This document shows, piece after piece, positions 1 to 11,978 of a stretch of 64,000 nucleotides of DNA. The notes beneath the pieces are model-generated. The model ran no database searches, had not been told where the DNA came from, and saw only the letters and a list, made by a program, of their open reading frames with translations. The stretch spans positions 30,628,001-30,692,000 of the forward strand of contig NC_042998.1 of the NCBI RefSeq assembly GCF_006345805.1, written 5' to 3'. This stretch comes from Octopus sinensis (lineage: Eukaryota). Position numbers and translations under genes: made by a program. Every line of letters begins with the position of its first letter. The first letter of the stretch is position 1.

Positions 1-180
1 AATACATAAATCCGAAAGTAGCACACACTAACATTTCCCCACTCCATATTCATAAGAGGTCATTGGCCGACAGGATTTGGGGATCTGACGATACACCATA
101 AAGCTAAACCCTTTATGGACAGGAAGCCTAAGGTAATCTCATAAACCGGCCTTGCTCATTTTCAAGATATATATATATAT

Positions 181-365
181 AGTTAATCCAAACAAGAAAG
201 CACAAAAAAACACAACAACGCGAGGACGTGGAACAAATATAGTATTATTGGACGCTCACGAAACAAGGAAAGAAGGAGGGTTTAACGTTTCGAGCGGAGC
301 TCTTCGTCGGAATCATAAGAGAAGGAAAGATCCAGAGAAGGGAAGACAGAGGAAAAAAATCGCCG
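181..365 (-). mobile_element. Non-autonomous HHR-bearing element, family E (PLE-type 3' end)
   Basis: Shares gttaatccaaac...cgccaac body with the 40540, 41297 and 52794 copies and abuts (TA)n. HHR-like motif at 280-314 with core CCGACGA. Confidence 0.7.
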
Positions 366-614
366 ACCTTTGTGACGTGATGGCGGAGGCAACGGCTAAG
401 AAAGGAGAGATGGCTAGAGTGGCGAGTTTTTTTTACAAAGTAAGTGAGAAAGTTTTTTTGCGGGTTGCAAGCATTGGGGGTGGGGAGCAAGAAAACGGCA
501 AAGAAGGGATTGAAGGTGTTGGAGGAACGAGTGCAAGTGAGGCATGTTGAGAAGTAGTGAATGGCTGTGTAGGTGTAAGTGGTGTCGACACAAGTGGAAA
601 AGTGGAAGTATTTC

Positions 615-863
615 TTTTATCTGTTACTTGTTTCAGCCATTAACCTGGGGCCATGCTGGGGCACCTCTTTGAAGAAGATTTAGCCGAATGAAGTGACCCC
701 CAGTACTTAATATTTTCTTGTTTTTTTTTGTTTTGTTTTTTTTTTAGTAAGGTTGGTACTTATTATGTTAGTCTCTTTTGCTGAACCATCAGTTTAAGGG
801 AGGTGAACAGATCAGCACCAGTTATCAAGTGGAGATTGGGGACAAATATAGACATAAAGACAC

Positions 864-906
<43 letters not shown>

Positions 907-1063
907 GATGGACTTTATTCAGTTTCCATCTACCAAATCCGTTCACGAGGTTTTGATCGGCCCGTGGCTATAGTAGAAGGCACTTGACCAAGGTGCCACG
1001 CAGTGGGACTGAACTCGGAACTAGGTAGTCAGGAAGCAAACTTCTTACCACACAGCCATACCT
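615..1063 (-). mobile_element. tRNA-derived CORE-like SINE, family A (diverged)
   Basis: Similar to 23736-24150, with an internal (TA)n. Confidence 0.7.
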
Positions 1064-1242
1064 ATGCTATTTATATATTTTTTTTATGTGTAATAATGCC
1101 CTCTATACAATATAAATAAATATTTTCAAAGAAAAAAATTTACAGTTTTTTTCTCTTATGAGGTTTTTCACGCTAACTACTTGATAATTTCTTGCTAAGA
1201 TTTCTTATTAAGATTTTATCCTATTTTTTAAATTTATATATA

Positions 1243-1501
1243 TATGCGGGGTCATTCCGAAAAGCTCTACCTGCGACGATTTCATCTCAATCGAAGGAGA
1301 GGAGCTTTCTCCGTCCGGGTTGCGGATCCGTGGAACAAGCTCCCAGACGAGATGGTGAAGATGCCGACGACCGCTTTGTTCAAAGTCTCCCTTGACCTCA
1401 AGTGGCCTGAACTCTTTACATGAACACCACCCTGTACTTAACTCCATGTCCCCCTACATGGCCTTGCTACTTGCCCTTGAGCCAAAAATTAACTAACTAA
1501 T

Positions 1502-1510
<9 letters not shown>
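1243..1510 (+). mobile_element. CR1-type LINE 3' end
   Basis: Translates RGHSEKLYLRRFHLNRRRGAFSVRVADPWNKLPDEMVKMPTTALFKVSLD, the CR1 ORF2 C-terminal pattern, followed by a short UTR and (TAAC)n tail. Confidence 0.8.
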
Positions 1511-1573
<63 letters not shown>

Positions 1574-2641
1574 ATATAATTACATGTATGTATGTGTGTT
1601 GTTATCTATTTCAACCAGATTAAATGCACAAGGCTCTGATATCCAAGTAGCTACAAAGTCATAAAATCAGCAGTAGGACACTGAGAATGCGTGTCTGTAT
1701 GCGGACCGCCACCCCGACTCCCTTACAGAGTAAGAACTTATGGGGCGAAACACTTGACCGATGATGGGCTTCTTCTCTTAAGACCTTCTACTGTTCAGTT
1801 ATCTTCGGAGTTTCTTACCACATTTTCGTACCGCCATTGATAACCATGTAACCAACTTCTGTTCTGCTATTATTTGCTAGTTCAAAGAGCCTCTGCCTCT
1901 CTCTTTTCTCTTTTTCTCTCTCTCCCAATATATGAATGTTTGTGTGTGTATGTGTATGTGTATTTATGTTATCTTCTATTTTTAATTATCTGACTTCTTC
2001 CTGTAAGAAAAGTGCTGGTTTTTAATAAGTATACAAATCGCCATTGTTGTTATGTAAATAACAAGAACAATGTCGGATATTAACCATGAGAAAAGTCTAG
2101 ATATTATTACTGTTGCGTTAACAGATTGTATTTGTAATATGTATGTTAGCTGATTGATTTTCCTTTCTGAAAACCTTAGCTTTTACAAATTGCCATTTAG
2201 AGATTTAGAAAGATAACGAACTGCACCATTTCTTTTGATATAAATGTAAATTTATAATCTAGCTTTGGAAGTTCAATGTTTCGACGCAGCTGCCTGTAAT
2301 GAACGTTTCTTTGATTTTCGAACTGATATTCACATCTTATTTATCCCAAACAACGATATCCATCTCGTTATGCTTCTACTTTGTAGCTCTTTCGGGGATG
2401 AAGTATCTCACCAATATTTTTTTTTCTGTTGATATTTAAGTAGGTATTAAGGAAGCGTACTTGCAGAACCATTAACATGCCGTACAAAAATGCTTAGCAG
2501 CATTTCTTCCGTCTTTATGATCTGAGTTCCAGCTCCACCAAGGTCGACTTAGCCTTTTATCCCTTTTGGGGTCCATGTAACCGACTTACCCTTCCTCGAA
2601 ATTGCTCATCTTGCGCGAAAATTTGAAACCAATATTTATGT

Positions 2642-3057
2642 AGGTCGGCGAGCTGGTAGAATCGTTAGCACTACGGGAGAAATGCTTCACCGTATTTCGT
2701 CTGCCGTTACGTTCTGAGTTCAGATTCCGCCGAGGTCGACTTTGCCTTTCATCCTTTCGGAGTCGATTAAATAAGCACCAGTTACGCACTGGGGTCGATA
2801 TAATCGACTTAATCCCTTTGTCTGTCCTTGTTCGTCTTCTCTGTGTTTAGCCCCTTGTGGGTAGTAAAGAAACAAGTATTTCGTCTGCCGTTACGTTCTG
2901 AGTTTAAATTCCGCTGATGTCGACTTTACCTTTCATCCCTTCGGAGTCGATTAAATAAGTACCAGTTACGTACTGGGGTCGATGTAATCGACTTAATCTC
3001 TTTGCCTGCCCTTGTTTGTTTCCTCTATGTTTAGCCCCTTGTGGAGCAATAGAGAAT
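2642..3057 (+). mobile_element. tRNA-derived SINE family B, dimer
   Basis: ggcgagctgg head, GGTCGACTTTGCCTTTCATCCTTTCGG core, second unit from ~2875. Confidence 0.85.
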
Positions 3058-3559
3058 TAAATATTTATGTAAGTACTCAATAACTGTAGAATTCTTTATA
3101 TTTACCTCAGGACAGTCCTCATTTTATATTGTTTTTAACGCCATGTTGCGTTAGAAATTAGGATATTGATGACATTGGGATATTGGATCAGATGTTAATT
3201 ACACGCGTGATGTTTTCCACAGAAATATGACATAATCGACGTTTTCGGTTACATTTCCTAGGGCTCACTGTCACTTTGTTCATTAAGGTATTTTGCTGAA
3301 TCCCCAACTCTTGAGTCGCAAACGTATAGCGTTTGAAATTGATGTGATGTAGAGGTCATAAGTCTTAGAAAAGCTGCACATCATATTGATATTATTGTCA
3401 TATTCAAGTCTTCACGAAACATAAGCATGCATTCTATTGTTTTGGCACGTTAAGTGTTTCACAATTAGCTCTTCTTTGAGTTGTGTTAGTCAAGCTGTTT
3501 TGGGTCTGTAGAGGATGTCGTCAGGAAAAACAGAACTTCCTAAGGAGTTCACTGCCGAC

Positions 3560-3800
3560 TCCTGAATATTGTTCTCTTCGCTTTTCAACATGGGTTTTAT
3601 TTATTATATCGCTGTTGTTGTCTGGCAGGCGCTGCCTGAGAGATATTCTACACTATATTCGAATGCTGTCTATACTGATCTCAAGCCGCTACCTCCTCCA
3701 TGTCTTCTGAGGTACAGTCTGTTGATGTCACTGTTTCTAGTAAATTTTCTAGTTGATCATGAGGATTCTGATATCTGTGGGGTGGAATTCCTCGACAGAC
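3560..3800 (-). pseudogene. Decayed non-LTR RT fragment, possibly R4/Dong-like
   Basis: Minus strand NSDINRLYLRRHGGGSGL (3682-3736) resembles the RLYxxRxxGGRGL thumb motif. Stops lie nearby. Confidence 0.4.
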
Positions 3801-3925
3801 CAGTCACGTATCACAAATGACAGAATCAGTGGAGCTACTGCAAATGAATTTAGCGTAAAGCTGCAACTAGCATATTTTTCTATAGTTTTTACGTGTTTTA
3901 GTCAATGAACTGCGGTCAGGGTGAA

Positions 3926-3959
<34 letters not shown>

Positions 3960-4424
3960 AGGAAAGAAATATATGCATATGACTGACCTCCATTTACTAA
4001 ATTCACTCAGAAGGCATCGTTTGTCCCGATGCTACAGCAGAAGACACAAGGTTCCGCGAAGTGAGGTTGAACACCGAAACACATGGTTGCAAATCGAGCT
4101 TTTTAATCACAAAACCTGATTGATAGACATACAGATAAAAAGAAAGAAAGAAAGCAAGAAAGAAAAGAAAATACTGAATGGGAATTTGAATTTTGTACAT
4201 ATACACACACACACACACACATATATATATATGTTAAAGCAATGAATAGCTTTGCGGAAACCATGGTATGCTTTGTTTTCTGACTTTATGATCATCTCAT
4301 AATAATGACTTTTATGACTTTTATTACTACCTCAGTCCATCTAAATGTATATATTTGTCGTTACCTTTCATAAAAAGCATTTTTTTTTCTACAATGTGCA
4401 TTTTCGTTGATTTTTCATATTTCC

Positions 4425-4472
<48 letters not shown>

Positions 4473-4476
<4 letters not shown>

Positions 4477-4811
4477 ATAAATATTAGGGAATAAATCCAA
4501 ATTTACAGGGAAAAATCAGATTTAGGATTAAATCCAATTTTATAGTAAAATATTATATAATATAATTCGAGACAAAACCACTACTTTGCAAAACAAACAA
4601 GGAAAGACTTAATCAATACATAAAAATTTTTAATATAAAGAAATAAACCGCCACTACAATCGTTTCATGTCTTCAATGACATTCGTCAGGTGGACTTTCG
4701 ATCTCCTAATCTGTTTTAATTTATGAAGTTTATTTCTTTATATTAAAAATTTTTATGTATTGATTAAGTCTTTCCTTGTTTGTTTTACAAAGTAGTGGTT
4801 TTGTCTCGAAT

Positions 4812-4820
<9 letters not shown>
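4473..4820 (-). mobile_element. Solo pLTR / mini-PLE with 93-bp inverted repeat, related to the 27.9-kb PLE
   Basis: Homologous to the pLTR 3' half. Arms 4556-4648 and 4728-4820 are inverted with one mismatch. Flanked by (TA)n on both sides. Confidence 0.88.
4651..4693 (-). ncRNA. Minimal type I hammerhead ribozyme
   Basis: Minus strand reads ccac CTGACGA atgtc-attgaa-gacat GAAA cgattg TA gtgg, with a compensatory change in stem II relative to 28204. Confidence 0.88.
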
Positions 4821-4857
<37 letters not shown>

Positions 4858-6078
4858 CTTTATTACCAATAAGGGGTTAAACATAGAGGAGAGAAACAAG
4901 GGATTAAGTCGATTACATCGACCCCAGTGCGTAGCTGGTACTTATTTAATCGATCCCGAAAGGATGAAAGGCAAACTCGGCCTCGATAGAATTTTGTAAA
5001 TATAGCGTTGAATGCATGGTAACAGAGACGAGCACATAAGAAGCTGATTAAAAACAACAGCTTTTCAGAGATGTTGATTCGATTCCCACTTGCCCAGTGG
5101 TAATTATAATTGTTATTGATTTAACCAAATTACCTTGTGGTATTTGGCTACGTCTCTTTACTTATCCTAGATAAAACAAAATCTCCACCAATTTAATTTT
5201 ACATTCCGATCTGTCTGTATGTGTGTGTCTGTGTATTGAGTGCATTTGCAACCCGAAGGAAAACATCTAACTTTACAGTTTCCAAGCTTCTATTCCTTAA
5301 TATCGGTAGGAATTACCAAAACGAACTATGACCAGAAAATACTGGAATATTGGAGTATTTAAACGTTCACTTTTTTTCTTTGTTTCCATCTCGTTCAGAG
5401 ATTTATTATTGCTTTCAGACAGATTTTCGAAATCGGTGACAGTGGTTATTGGGAAAAACATTAAATAGATATTCGCAAACAGGTCTCTCTTCATCGAAAA
5501 CCGGTGATTACCGTACGTTGACAAGAGGCAAATACCTCGAAACTGCAGTCCGTGCGTTTCATTTAGGTTTACGAGAGAGGGGTGACCTCCCTTTGCAAAT
5601 ATCATAAGGGTACAGAAAGTGTGCCTAAAGCCAGCTGGAGACGATGATCTCCTGAGGCTAAAAGCTACAGTAACACCCACTCTTAGTGGTTAGCCATATT
5701 GAGATGGCTTGTATACTTTTAGTATATTTTCCATTTTCATAAAAATAGCCTAATGATGCTGTGTGAAATTTCCATAAGATAATGTGATTATATTACAGGT
5801 ATACGTGAATTATTTAAAGCTTAACTATAGAAATGCTTTTCTTTATTTATTAACTGCTACATATATAAATATATATATATATATCACATCATTTTGAAAA
5901 ACTTGCGTTTTCTAAGTGAAAACTATATTGTTTAGAGGTCGACTTTGCCTTTTCATCCTTTCGGGGTCGATAAATTAAGTACCAGTTACGCACTGGAGTC
6001 GATGTAATCGATTTAATCCCTTGTCTGTCCTTGTTTGTCCCCTCTATGTTTAACCCCCTGTGGGCAATAAAGAAATAA

Positions 6079-6145
<67 letters not shown>

Positions 6146-6215
6146 TATTATTATCATCATCATCATCATCATTATTATTATTATCATTATTATTATTATT
6201 ATTATTATTATTTTA
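6079..6215. repeat. (ATT)n/(ATC)n microsatellite at a SINE B tail
   Basis: Direct reading. Confidence 0.95.
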
Positions 6216-8653
6216 TTACGCTGTATTCTCTGAATATTAAAATACGTTAAAATATACTTTCTTATTTACATTTCTATTATTATTTGAAGCAGTTGGCAGC
6301 CTTAGCAATTGGTTTAGATAGGTTTTTATTACCTAATTAATGTCTGCGGTAGCAATGTTCTACCTGAGTCTTCGTTAGACTTTATTTGAAGATATCTGTG
6401 TAAACCTCTGCAACAAAGCAACAAAGTGTTAAAATGATTATTTTCATTTTGAGGTCCGCGATAAAATCCCCCATAATGAATCTATACAATTCACGAAAGT
6501 GGGATGTGGAATTTTATTTTTGCTAGTTTTCCAATTTGCATTATCTATGAAATAACGCGTAAATAACATAGTTCCTTTATTCAATTGACAATTTAAATTA
6601 GAAATCATTTTGCCTCACCTAGTAATGATACACTATATGCTTGTTCTCGTCTTAGTCAACCGTACTAATTTGCCAGCGCTTTCTGTTTGGCTTCATTAAT
6701 TTTCATTCTTGTTCAAACATACACTCTGTTAACCACAGTTTGTTTGTTTTTTATCCATACAATATTCTATGCTGTTTCCCATTAAAAATAGTTGTCTCAT
6801 AAGCAAACATTTGTGTCAGTAATTGATGACGGAAATAGAAATAGAAATTTTGCAAATATAGATAAGTTATTTATTATTAAGTAACTAGTATTAACACTTC
6901 CAGGTCAAGATATCATATTTCTGGATAAAGCAATGTTTATGTTTTGAAACAAAACAAGCTTTAAATATCAGTCGCCATGATTGACTGCTAACTCCAAAAA
7001 TTCTTTTCTTTCTCTGTTCATTTCCTCGTGTTCCATTTTGTTGAAGAGCGTAGGCTCGAAACTTAGAAGACTTTCACACCTTCCCGAGCACCAAACTAAT
7101 TCACCTACTTGTTGTCCTCACATTCCGTTTTTTTTTTTGTTTTTTGTTTTTTTTATAAATTTCAACTTTAACTATCATAATTCCTTATCACTGTATTATT
7201 AAATATTATATGTAATGTTTATTCCAATAATAAAGCTAAAAAAATAAAACATTCTCTAAAGCTGAAGAATCCTTGTAAAGCAGATTAATTGCCAAAACCA
7301 CCATGTTATAATCCATTTTAAATTTCGTTGCGATATTATGCAAGAATTACGGTCGTTTACAGAACATAAATGTGTTCGAAAGAAAGCTATTTAGCCACAA
7401 GAATAAATTTAAGGTAAATATAAATGTTTCATTTCAAAATCTTAACTACACCAAACACTTTTCGTAAAAGTTCTTTTATATGCAAATTTAAGCCATTATA
7501 AAATTAAATAACCATTTAACCTTATCAGCAGCGGTTTTATAATTTCTAAATATATTTTTTCGCTCTGCATAGATATGTCAATTTTTTTCATATATAATCT
7601 AGTAAAAATTTTTTATTCTTGATGATAGTTTCTTTATGATAATATATTTAAGCATACTGCCGCCGTAACCTTCAACAGAGAAACTATGCTATTATACATG
7701 AGTCGGCTTATGCAAATAATCTTGGTTTTAAAAAAAGTACAGATTTAATCTTTGAACAATCGTTCCAATTATGAAGAAAAACAGTTATTAATAGTCCATA
7801 TTCTTTTCTTCCTTTTCATTTAATTAACTGGAATAAAGAAATATTCATTGACGAAACGATAGAGGGGTAAATATAGTGCCTGACTCTGTACGTTCTAATC
7901 TTAACAGAATCAATCCGAATTTCGTTTCCCAGGTTTAACGAAGAAGTGGGTATCTACTGTTATTCAATTCAGGCAACTATATCACATCTTCTTACTGTTG
8001 TGCTGTGTCAGTGCTAGAAATCCACAGCAACTGTCTATCAATTGAAATATGCGTACCCAGTTCAAGCCTCATGAAGTTTATACAAATATTTGCTTCAACT
8101 TTCTGTGAGTGCTTGTTATTGCTTTGCGGAAATTAAAGCACATTTAACTCGATTATTTATCATTCAGTAACTCTCTTCACGAGAACTTTATTTCAACTAT
8201 ATTTGTTGTTTGCCAAGAAGAGAAAAATTATATTAGAAAAGACTGCGGAAATAATTTGCAGGGCTAGACACCATCACCGACAATTGCCCTTTATATTTAA
8301 TAATTTCTAGGCAAAAGAAATATTATAACGGCGAATAACAACAACACACTGAATAATGGTAGTAAAATTCAACAACAAAGTAACATTTTCTGGAACAGTA
8401 AAACACCATCAAGTGTAACGTCAAAGACAGCAGTAGAAGCAGTAATAGGTAAAATGAACGGCAACAGGAGTACAGGAGCAAAACTAAAAATGGCAACATG
8501 AACAACTCGCATATATACAGTTCTAATAACAACAGCAGCAACAGTCTTTCGCAAAAGCCACATGTAACTAAATACAGTACCAGTGACATCGCAGTAATAA
8601 TAGAAAGAAGATAACGAGATCCTCCATTTTAGCAGCCGGGTATATTGTTGATG

Positions 8654-8993
8654 TGAAGTCGCATGGCTCAGTGGTTAGAGCGTCGACCTTACGATCGTGA
8701 GGTTGTGAGCTCGAATCCCGGATCGGGCTGCGTGTTGTGTTCTTGAGCAAGGCACTTTATTTCACGTTGCTCCAGTTCACTCAGCTGTACAAATGAGTTG
8801 CGACGTCACAGGTGCCAAGCTGTATCGACCTTTGTCTTTCCCTTGGATAACACTGGTGGCGTGGAGAGGGGAGGCTGGTATGCATGGGCGACTGCTGGTC
8901 TTCCATAAACAACCTTGCCCGGACTTGTGTCTAGGAGGGTAACTTTCTAGGTGCAATCCCATGGTCATTCATGACCGAAGGGGGTCTTTACCC
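8654..8993 (+). mobile_element. tRNA-derived CORE-like SINE, family C, with 12-bp TSD
   Basis: TGGCTCAGTGG A box, gctcgaatccc B box, tgtgttcttgagcaaggcacttt CORE-like motif, and TSD atattgttgatg at 8642-8653 and 8994-9005. Confidence 0.88.
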
Positions 8994-9511
8994 ATATTGT
9001 TGATGACACTGTTGCTAGCCATACTTACACGGGACGAGCTGCATTGAAACAATAATCACCAACTTAACGTTTTTGTACTCATTGTGTGGATGACTTGTAA
9101 TTCAGGAGTATAGTTGCGGGGGTGGGGAGGTTAGTGAAGTGAAATTCTTTCCCCTCCGACTGGTCTACAATAACTTTCAGGTATTGATCCGACATGGAAA
9201 CCTAAAGACTTTTTCGGTGGCTGTATCGTTCGCCATGGATTTTTCATTTCGTACATGACTACAGTTCTGCAGAAGCGTAGGAACGCATGAATAAATCCGA
9301 TAACTGTTACATAATTCGTTCAGAGGTACAGCCGAATCCAGCAACATTCAAACTCAGAAGCTAAACATGACACTCCCTAAGAACTGTGATTTTTTTTAAC
9401 GCGTTTCTTTTGCCGAACTCATGAGAATGATTCCTACTTACGTATGTACATTTACTATAACATACTGTTTACATTTTATTTACCACAAAACTCTCATATA
9501 TATATATATAA

Positions 9512-9703
9512 CGGGAAGTTTTATGAAAATAAACAAAAGACGAAGGCAGGTGGAATACAAACAAACAATTGTATTAGTATGGCGCTCAGGAATATAAATA
9601 AAACAAGTCTTTTACGTTTCGAGCCTACGCTCTTCAACAGAAAGATACACAGAAAAGAAACACGGAGAGAAACAAGGAGAGAAAAAAAATCCGTGCAGAA
9701 GCT
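9512..9703 (-). mobile_element. Family F HHR-like element
   Basis: Homologous to 18283-18480. Minus strand reads tcttt CTGTTGA a gagc-gtag-gctc GAAA cgt A aaaga at 9608-9645. Abuts (TA)n. Confidence 0.65.
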
Positions 9704-9769
9704 CGTGTAAGTATGGCTAGCAACAATATCATCAACAATATACCTGGCTGCTAAAATGGAGGATCTCGT

Positions 9770-9802
<33 letters not shown>

Positions 9803-10963
9803 GAATGAGTTTCATTTCAATAAATTTCAGTTTAATAAACTTTAATCATTTATGGTTTTCTAGAGACTAGTGATATTTATTATACAGGTCGCTATTTATA
9901 AACTAGTTAACACGTATTAAATAGACTCTAATTGAATAGATCCGTGTTTAGGAACTGAAGATATGTCATAAATATGGAAAATGTTATAATGCAAAATAAT
10001 GGGTTTACTGCTGATAAATTTCCTAAGCCACAGACAGAAAACTGCTGCATATTGTGTGCTGAATATAAAAGCTTATATTATAAAACAACATACAGCATAA
10101 TCTTCCATTTTTTGGCTAAGAATATAATATTCTGTGAAACAATATGGACACTGGTTTGCTAACTTTTAACGCTATTTTACTCGACAAATTTTCCTTATTA
10201 TTAGTATGCATTCTCTACTAGATATGAAATGTACTTCTCAGTCGTGACTGAAACAAAAGTCAATGACTATTTGATTTGATTTTTTAAAAATGCTGATTCT
10301 GACTGAGCATGTCAAGTAAGGAAAGCTATCCTGTTCATAACATATGACACTTGCACCAACATCGATATAAGCTGCCACTGACGAGTTTGTTTCTGTTACA
10401 AGTTGAATCAATCGCATGGGTTGAATATCAATGTGCTTCAGTAGCAAATTACAAATTTAAGATTAACTGCTGAATGAGATCATTAGGATTCAAAACAAAA
10501 AACTATCTAAAGGCGATGCTCCAACACTGCACCAGTCAAATGACTGAAACAAGTAAAAGAATAAAAGAATAGTGTCAAGTCATCTTTGCAAGAAAATATG
10601 TCTCAGAAATATGTTATCTAGTTCATTTATAAAATTGAAATGCAAATGTTATAGAATACTTTAAATCGATTCGTTTAAAATAAGGCAATCAAAGAAAATG
10701 CTTGCTGATTTAACCATCCCAAAAATGTAATTAAGTGTTTGGAATTCCAAATTTAGTTTCGTCATTAAAATGGTTTCAATTAAGAGAGCTGATTGCGGAG
10801 AGGCTACACTGTTTTATCTTGCGTTAAAGCTACGTAGATTCTTTTAGGCCTGCATCTCTGGCCATCGGTCAAGGAATACCTTATTACATGTTAAGTGTTC
10901 TGTTTTAAGTAGTGGGATAGCTGATCCATACATACATATATATATATACACACACATATATAT

Positions 10964-11026
<63 letters not shown>

Positions 11027-11084
11027 GTGTGTGTTTGTATATATATATATGATTGTGTATGTATGTATGTATGTATGTATGTAT

Positions 11085-11902
11085 ATTTTAAGGCATTCGA
11101 TCGTTACAAGGTCCTTAAACCACTGAAAACGTAAGAGCTACTAGAATAAATGGACACTAGACAAAAGTCAATAGGTGACAATGTACATTAGACTTAAAAG
11201 ACTGGATGTCATATTGAAGAGGAAAAGAAGACTGTGGAAGTTGAATTCCCAAGTTCAGAGGTGTGGGGGAAGAAACTGGTACTGTAAAGTGCTTTACGAC
11301 ACTTAGGAGGTGGCACAGTATATTGATGAGAACTGGATGCCAGTCTAGTTGATCGGGTATAAGTTCTTAAATGAGGAACCAGAGAAGAGAGCTCAGCTGA
11401 ACGATGTCCATGAAAATACTTATAGAAAAGTGACAAGGAAGCCACACGACGTCGATGAGGGAGGGAATCCAATTTAGAAGATAGATCAGGACCAATAGCA
11501 TTACAAATACAGAATCGAATGCAGTCCATCAGAGTCAAACAATCTGCAGGAGCACCTGCTCATGCATGACAACAGTACTCAATGCGGGAGTGAATGGTGG
11601 ACTTATAAAGATAACGAATAGTCTCAGGAGTGAGATAACCCCTCGAAAGAAGGAGTGAGTCTACCTTCATTGCAGTCGATTTACTCTTTTACTCTTTTAC
11701 TTGTTTCAGTCATTTGACTGCGACCATGCTGGAGCACCGCCATTAGTCGAGCAAATCGACCCCGGGACTTATTCTTTGTAAGCCCAGTACTTATTCTATC
11801 GGTCTCTTTTGCCGAACCGCTAAGTTACGGGGACGTAAACACACCAGCATCGGTTGTCAAGCAATGCTAGGGGGACAAACACAGACACACAAACACACAC
11901 AC

Positions 11903-11978
<76 letters not shown>

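Noticed and set aside
5440-5620. Short open frame ...KTGDYRTLTRGKYLETAVRAFHLGLRE... as a possible host exon
   Set aside because: I do not recognise the peptide and the splice signals are weak. It would need RNA-seq or tBLASTn.
8654-8730. tRNA-like sequences with A and B boxes (also 22000, 51241, 55310, 60232)
   Set aside because: Each continues into a SINE body and lacks a convincing cloverleaf, so none is a tRNA gene.
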